A DNA stretch of 64,000 bases from Nitrososphaerota archaeon (GTDB taxonomy: Archaea; Thermoproteota; Nitrososphaeria_A; Caldarchaeales; Calditenuaceae): assembly GCA_033581555.1 (NCBI GenBank), contig JAVQSZ010000001.1, positions 32,001-96,000 of the forward strand, in the 5' to 3' direction. Made by a program: the position numbers and the translations under genes. Under the pieces are notes generated by a model. That model was not told the DNA's origin. It was given only the letters and a program-made list of their open reading frames with translations, and did not search any database. Positions 60,045 through 64,000 of this stretch are shown in pieces (the first letter of the stretch is position 1; every line of letters starts with the position of its first letter).

Positions 60045-60169
60045 CGGGCTCTCCCCTGAGCGCCCACTTATCACCGTATCCTCGACAGTTTCCCCAAACG
60101 GCGGAGTTCTCGAGTCCGGTTAACATGGTCAGGCTGATATCATCGACGGGACGGTCGGCGGCCAAAGGG

Positions 60170-60784
60170 ATGGAGCTCGAGGTGGAGACGCTCGTCGTCG
60201 GACCCTTGAGCACCAACTGCTACGTCGTCTCTAGCGGAGGGGAGGCACTGATCGTGGACCCCGGCTGGGACGCGGAGAGGGTCTTGAGGGCAGTGAGCGG
60301 GATGAAGGTGGTGGGTATAGTCGCGACCCATGGACACTTCGACCACGTCGGCGCTGTAGAGGAGCTGAAGAGGAGGCTCGGCGTCGAGTTCGTGATCCAC
60401 CGGCTCGACGAGGGACTGCTCGACGTCGCGGTCAACCACGGCGAGAGGTTCGGGTTGAGGTTCGAGAGGCCCAGGCCTGACAGGTTCATCGAGGAGGGCG
60501 AGAGGATCGAGTTGGGAGGCGTAGAGATCGAGGTGATCCACACTCCGGGCCACAGCCCCGGGAGCGTCTGCCTCCGCGGGGCGTTCACTCTCTTCAGCGG
60601 CGACACGCTCTTCATGGGGTCGGTCGGGAGGACGGACATTTTCGGCGGGAGCTTCGAGCAGCTCGAGCGGTCGATCAGGGACAAGCTCTACGTCCTCGAC
60701 GACGCGACCGTCGTCTACCCGGGCCATGGTCCCGCGACGACGATCGGGTTCGAGAAGCGCCACAACCCATTCGTGAGGCCCTGA
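60170..60784 (+). CDS. Metallo-beta-lactamase fold hydrolase (glyoxalase II-like)
   Basis: TNCY, DPG, THGHFDH, TPGHSPG, SGDTLF, PGHG. Confidence 0.93.
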   Translation: MELEVETLVVGPLSTNCYVVSSGGEALIVDPGWDAERVLRAVSGMKVVGIVATHGHFDHVGAVEELKRRLGVEFVIHRLDEGLLDVAVNHGERFGLRFERPRPDRFIEEGERIELGGVEIEVIHTPGHSPGSVCLRGAFTLFSGDTLFMGSVGRTDIFGGSFEQLERSIRDKLYVLDDATVVYPGHGPATTIGFEKRHNPFVRP

Positions 60785-60810
60785 GGCAATACTTTTAGCG
60801 CAGACGTGAA

Positions 60811-61515
60811 GTGAACGCCTCCGAGTTGGAGTTAGGCGACGTTTTCAGGACCGCGGTTCCACCCCTGTTGTCAGCTATGTTAGTCCTAGGAGTTGTCGTT
60901 CTGTTCCCCGGGCTGATCCCCGGGACCTACAAGGTCACGACCGCGACCGTTCCAGTCCCCGTCTTCACGACACGGTTCGTTAACGTCACGACGACCCTGA
61001 CCACCGCCTACCTCGTCGACTCCCGGGGACCTGTTTGGGAGCCAGTGTTCGTGGACCTCTCGGAAAGGCCCACCGAGGGGACGATCACCGTCCTTAACAG
61101 GACGCTGACCAAGGAGAAGCCAGCGCTCGCAATAGTCTTCATAGCCGCGGCGCCCCGAGGTTACGAGTTCGCGAGCACGGTGAACGGCTTCGTCTACAGG
61201 CTCGAGGCTAAAGTCGCGAACAGGGTCACGGCGCTCGTCGCGGAGGCGTCACCTCCAGTCATCCCAGGGCTCAGCCGCGAGAACTTCAGGGACCTGCTGA
61301 CGGAGAGGGCGTTCTCACCGGTTAACGTCCTGCCGTTCCAGAACCCGAGGAGGACCGAAGTCTCACCGGGGCCCTTCACACTCCAGAGGGAGCGTGGAGC
61401 CTACGTGCCGTATCCGTGGCTCGCGATCTGGCCGATCTCGGTTCACCTCTACGGCATCGAGAGGGACGTCCACGTGACGGTCACGCTCTCCTACAGCCTG
61501 GTCGGGGCGAAGTGA
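60811..61515 (+). CDS. Membrane-anchored hypothetical protein with Thr/Val-rich stalk
   Basis: N-terminal TM, Thr-rich segment, NVT/NRT sequons; stop overlaps the GTG of the E1 frame. Confidence 0.65.
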   Translation: MNASELELGDVFRTAVPPLLSAMLVLGVVVLFPGLIPGTYKVTTATVPVPVFTTRFVNVTTTLTTAYLVDSRGPVWEPVFVDLSERPTEGTITVLNRTLTKEKPALAIVFIAAAPRGYEFASTVNGFVYRLEAKVANRVTALVAEASPPVIPGLSRENFRDLLTERAFSPVNVLPFQNPRRTEVSPGPFTLQRERGAYVPYPWLAIWPISVHLYGIERDVHVTVTLSYSLVGAK

Positions 61516-62354
61516 GGCAGGAGCTCGCGCGGCGGACTCGGGTCTTCGAGATCTTCAGGATGGACGAGGACCGGTATGAGCGGCAGAGGAGGCTCTGGGA
61601 CCAGAGGAGGATATCGTCCCTGAAGGTCCTAGTGGGAGGTGCAGGGGCGCTCGGGAACGAGGTCGTGAAGAACCTGGTCCAGATCGGCGTGAAGAGGGTC
61701 TACGTCGTCGACTTCGACAGGGTCGTCCACTCGAACCTGAACAGGTGCCTCTTCTTCAGGAGAAGCGACGCGACCAAGAGGGCGAAGAAGGTCGATGCGC
61801 TCGCGAGGAGGGCCTCGGACCTCAACCCGGACGTGGAGGTCATTCCGGTCTTCGGGGACATTCGCGACCTCCCGAGCGACGTGATCAAGGACGTCGACAT
61901 GGCCCTTGGGGCCTTCGACAACCTCTTCGCTAGGCTCGTCCTCAACGCGATGTGCTACTCTAACGGTAAGCCCCTAGTTGACGGCGGAATGGAGGGGGTG
62001 CTCGGGACGGTCCAGGTCGTCCTCCCCCCGGAGAGCCCCTGCCTGGAGTGCGGGATGAGTGAGCGGGACCTCGAGCACATGTGGGAGAGGATCTCCTGCA
62101 GCGGCGACGTCGTCGTCGATGACGGTCCGAAGCTGCCCTACATTCCAATGACCGGAGCCCTCGTCGGAGCTCTGCAGGTCATGGAGGCGGTCAAGATAGT
62201 CCTCGGCCTCGAGTCCTACAGGTCTTCCGGGAGGTGGAACGAGTCGGTCGGAGCACCCCTCGTCGGCAAGTCCCTCTTCATCGACCTCAGGTCCAACCTG
62301 AGCTACGCCTACGACCTCCACAAGAGGAGCGACTGCAACGTCTGCGCCCCCTGA
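61512..62354 (+). CDS. Ubiquitin-activating E1-like enzyme (ThiF/UBA family)
   Basis: DRYERQ, GAGALGNEVVKNL, D.D.V..SNLNR..FFR, PCLEC, likely catalytic Cys in ISC, C-terminal CNVC; start GTG 61512 or ATG 61560. Confidence 0.92.
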   Translation: MRQELARRTRVFEIFRMDEDRYERQRRLWDQRRISSLKVLVGGAGALGNEVVKNLVQIGVKRVYVVDFDRVVHSNLNRCLFFRRSDATKRAKKVDALARRASDLNPDVEVIPVFGDIRDLPSDVIKDVDMALGAFDNLFARLVLNAMCYSNGKPLVDGGMEGVLGTVQVVLPPESPCLECGMSERDLEHMWERISCSGDVVVDDGPKLPYIPMTGALVGALQVMEAVKIVLGLESYRSSGRWNESVGAPLVGKSLFIDLRSNLSYAYDLHKRSDCNVCAP

Positions 62355-62438
62355 TCGGGCAGTCCTCGCCTCGACCCCTGCCCGTTTCTCTCGCGTTCTG
62401 TGTCAAGATTTTATAGGTGCCACTAATTCACTCCACGC

Positions 62439-62852
62439 GTGGAAAGAACTAGGTCGAGGGCAGGCCTCAGCGAAGCCGTAACGGCCATTCTGCTGGTGGT
62501 GATCGGGATTGCGATGGCGCTCATGATCTGGCAGTTCTTCACACCACGTCCGACTGAGGAGCTGAGAATAGGGCCCGTCGACGTCTCGGGAGGGGTGGTC
62601 GTCTTCACGGCGCAGAACGTCGGGAGCGTAGACGCGGAGATAATCGGAGTCGCGTGCTACACCGCGGGACAGCCTCCGGCGGCCGGAGGAGGGGTGACTC
62701 CCTTGGGCGGCGCGGACACCAAGCTTCAGCAGGGCGAGTCGAGCACCTTCACCGGGAGCTGCGGAGGCGCGGAGCCAGGCAAGCCGATCAACGTGATGGT
62801 CTATACCAAGAACAAGGCCTACGGTCCTTTCACGGTCATCGTCAGGTCGTGA
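62439..62852 (+). CDS. Archaeal type IV pilin-like protein (class III signal peptide)
   Basis: MERTRSRAG|LSEAVTAILLVVIGIAMALMIW; beta-rich domain with N.G.V and two Cys; TTTTATA box at 62409. Confidence 0.82.
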   Translation: MERTRSRAGLSEAVTAILLVVIGIAMALMIWQFFTPRPTEELRIGPVDVSGGVVVFTAQNVGSVDAEIIGVACYTAGQPPAAGGGVTPLGGADTKLQQGESSTFTGSCGGAEPGKPINVMVYTKNKAYGPFTVIVRS

Positions 62853-62967
62853 CGAGTTCACCTCCTCAACGAGAGTTGATTTTTCGCATTGATAATCGAG
62901 CAAACCCGCGTTCTTCGATTGACGAGAAACACATATATCATGCCGGCACGAAGCAAACTTGATTGAC

Positions 62968-63789
62968 ATGATCGTTACCGTGAACGAGCTGACCACTAAG
63001 CGAAGCGTCAGGTTGGAGGTCGAGCCCGGCCACACGGTGAGGGCGGTCGTCGAGGAGGTGATGAAAGCGCTGAAGGTCCCGCCGCAGACGACGTACAGGC
63101 TGGTACTGGGCGGGAAGGAGATCGGGCCAGAACTCTTCGACAAGACGCTGGGCGAGCTGGGCATATCGGACGGTGCTGTGATGGACCTCGTCCCGAGGCC
63201 CGTCGGCGGATCAACCCTCTTGCCCAAGGAGAAGTTCCTGAAGAGGCTGGAGAGGGAGGAGGAGGACCTGAGGAACGGCGGGTACCCTTTCACCAGACAA
63301 GACGTCTGGAGTCCGATGAACTTCCCGATGGTCTACAGCGCAGGCTACGAGACGGTCAACGTGGCGGTGAGGTACACGGTCTCCTTCAGGGCCAGGGGGT
63401 TCGTCATGACGAAGAGGGGGATCGAGGAGCAGTGGGACCACTTGGCGAGCCTCTACGTCCTCGACTACTACCCCTACATGGATCCAAAGAAGGGTGCACC
63501 GATGAGGATATTCTGGGAGAGCGACATTTTCCACCCTAACATCTGCCCTGGGCCCCGCTTCAACGGAAACGGGCTCGTCTGCTGGAAGATGATCAAGGAA
63601 TGGGGGAAGACCTTCTCGCTCGCGACGCTCGTGAGGGGGCTTCAGCTCCTCGTCGAGAACCCAAACCCCGAAGACCCGCTCAGCAAGATACCGATATGCA
63701 TGCACGCAGCGTCCTTCTTCAAGGAGAACCCGCACCTCACGGGCACCTACAGGCCAGATACCGGAAGCAGGCCCAGAGTGATCGAATAG
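62968..63789 (+). CDS. Ubiquitin-like domain (ends PVGG) fused to a ubiquitin-conjugating E2-like domain
   Basis: Residues 1-81 have a ubiquitin beta-grasp pattern (LEVEP..TV, RLV.GGK, KTL.E.GI.DG...DL...GG); the rest has KRL.RE, YP, P, IFHPNI, G.VC, W, L..L..NPNPEDPL. Confidence 0.88.
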   Translation: MIVTVNELTTKRSVRLEVEPGHTVRAVVEEVMKALKVPPQTTYRLVLGGKEIGPELFDKTLGELGISDGAVMDLVPRPVGGSTLLPKEKFLKRLEREEEDLRNGGYPFTRQDVWSPMNFPMVYSAGYETVNVAVRYTVSFRARGFVMTKRGIEEQWDHLASLYVLDYYPYMDPKKGAPMRIFWESDIFHPNICPGPRFNGNGLVCWKMIKEWGKTFSLATLVRGLQLLVENPNPEDPLSKIPICMHAASFFKENPHLTGTYRPDTGSRPRVIE

Positions 63790-63799
63790 GTGCGAGGAC

Positions 63800-64000
63800 T
63801 TGAGGGGAGAGGAGGCGGGCGTCCTCCCCGTCTACGTCGAGCTGGAGGCCCTCGTTAAGGCCGTCAGGCACTGTAGGGAGGGACTGCCTTACGAGGTCAT
63901 CGGTTTCCTGATTGGAGAGCGGCTGAGGTGGAGGGACAAGCTCTACGTCTTAATCACCGACACCGTGAGGGGTAGGTCGGTTCAAACCCGCACCTACGTC
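63800..64000 (+). CDS. JAB/MPN+ (Rpn11-like) metalloprotease, N-terminal part (runs off window; not in ORF track)
   Basis: TTG 63800: MRGEEAGVLPVYVELEALVKAVRHCREGLPYEVIGFLIG..., matching the Rpn11-type V.I...ALLK...H....P.EV.G...G; the HxH motif lies beyond the window. Confidence 0.82.
   Translation, partial: MRGEEAGVLPVYVELEALVKAVRHCREGLPYEVIGFLIGERLRWRDKLYVLITDTVRGRSVQTRTYV

Noticed and set aside
61512-62354. E1 as a plain MoeB/ThiF for Moco or thiamine synthesis
   Set aside because: Its motifs are closer to UBA-type E1, no moa or thi genes are adjacent, and E2 and JAB genes are linked; not fully excluded without phylogeny.

Overview
GC-rich (roughly two-thirds G+C by eye) archaeal chromosome segment. 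The gene set (TFE, aIF-1A, PCNA, eS1, eL15, Sm, Rio2, archaeal MAT, aTrm56, TYW1, EF-2 with diphthamide loop, geranylgeranyl reductase), AGG-heavy codon usage and a eukaryote-like ubiquitin module suggest a thermophilic TACK archaeon, most plausibly Caldarchaeales ('Aigarchaeota'); this placement is inference. Most of the window is housekeeping: translation, tRNA modification, pyrimidine and amino-acid metabolism, and 4 tRNAs (Val-CAC, Leu-GAG, Cys-GCA, initiator Met). Accessory content includes a membrane-anchored rhodanese plus PhsABC/PsrABC-type molybdoenzyme operon whose catalytic subunit carries a +1 frameshift, a ModE-regulated Mo/W ABC transporter, a decayed cytochrome oxidase subunit II remnant beside tRNA-Cys, a split glutamate synthase operon, and an acylphosphatase with an expanding heptad repeat. 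The most interesting part is the right end (61.5-64 kb): a ubiquitin-like conjugation locus with an E1, an interposed archaeal type IV pilin, a ubiquitin-like domain ending in GG fused in frame to an E2 (HPN...Cys), and an Rpn11-like JAB protease that runs off the window and is absent from the ORF track. No CRISPR array, rRNA or transposase was seen.
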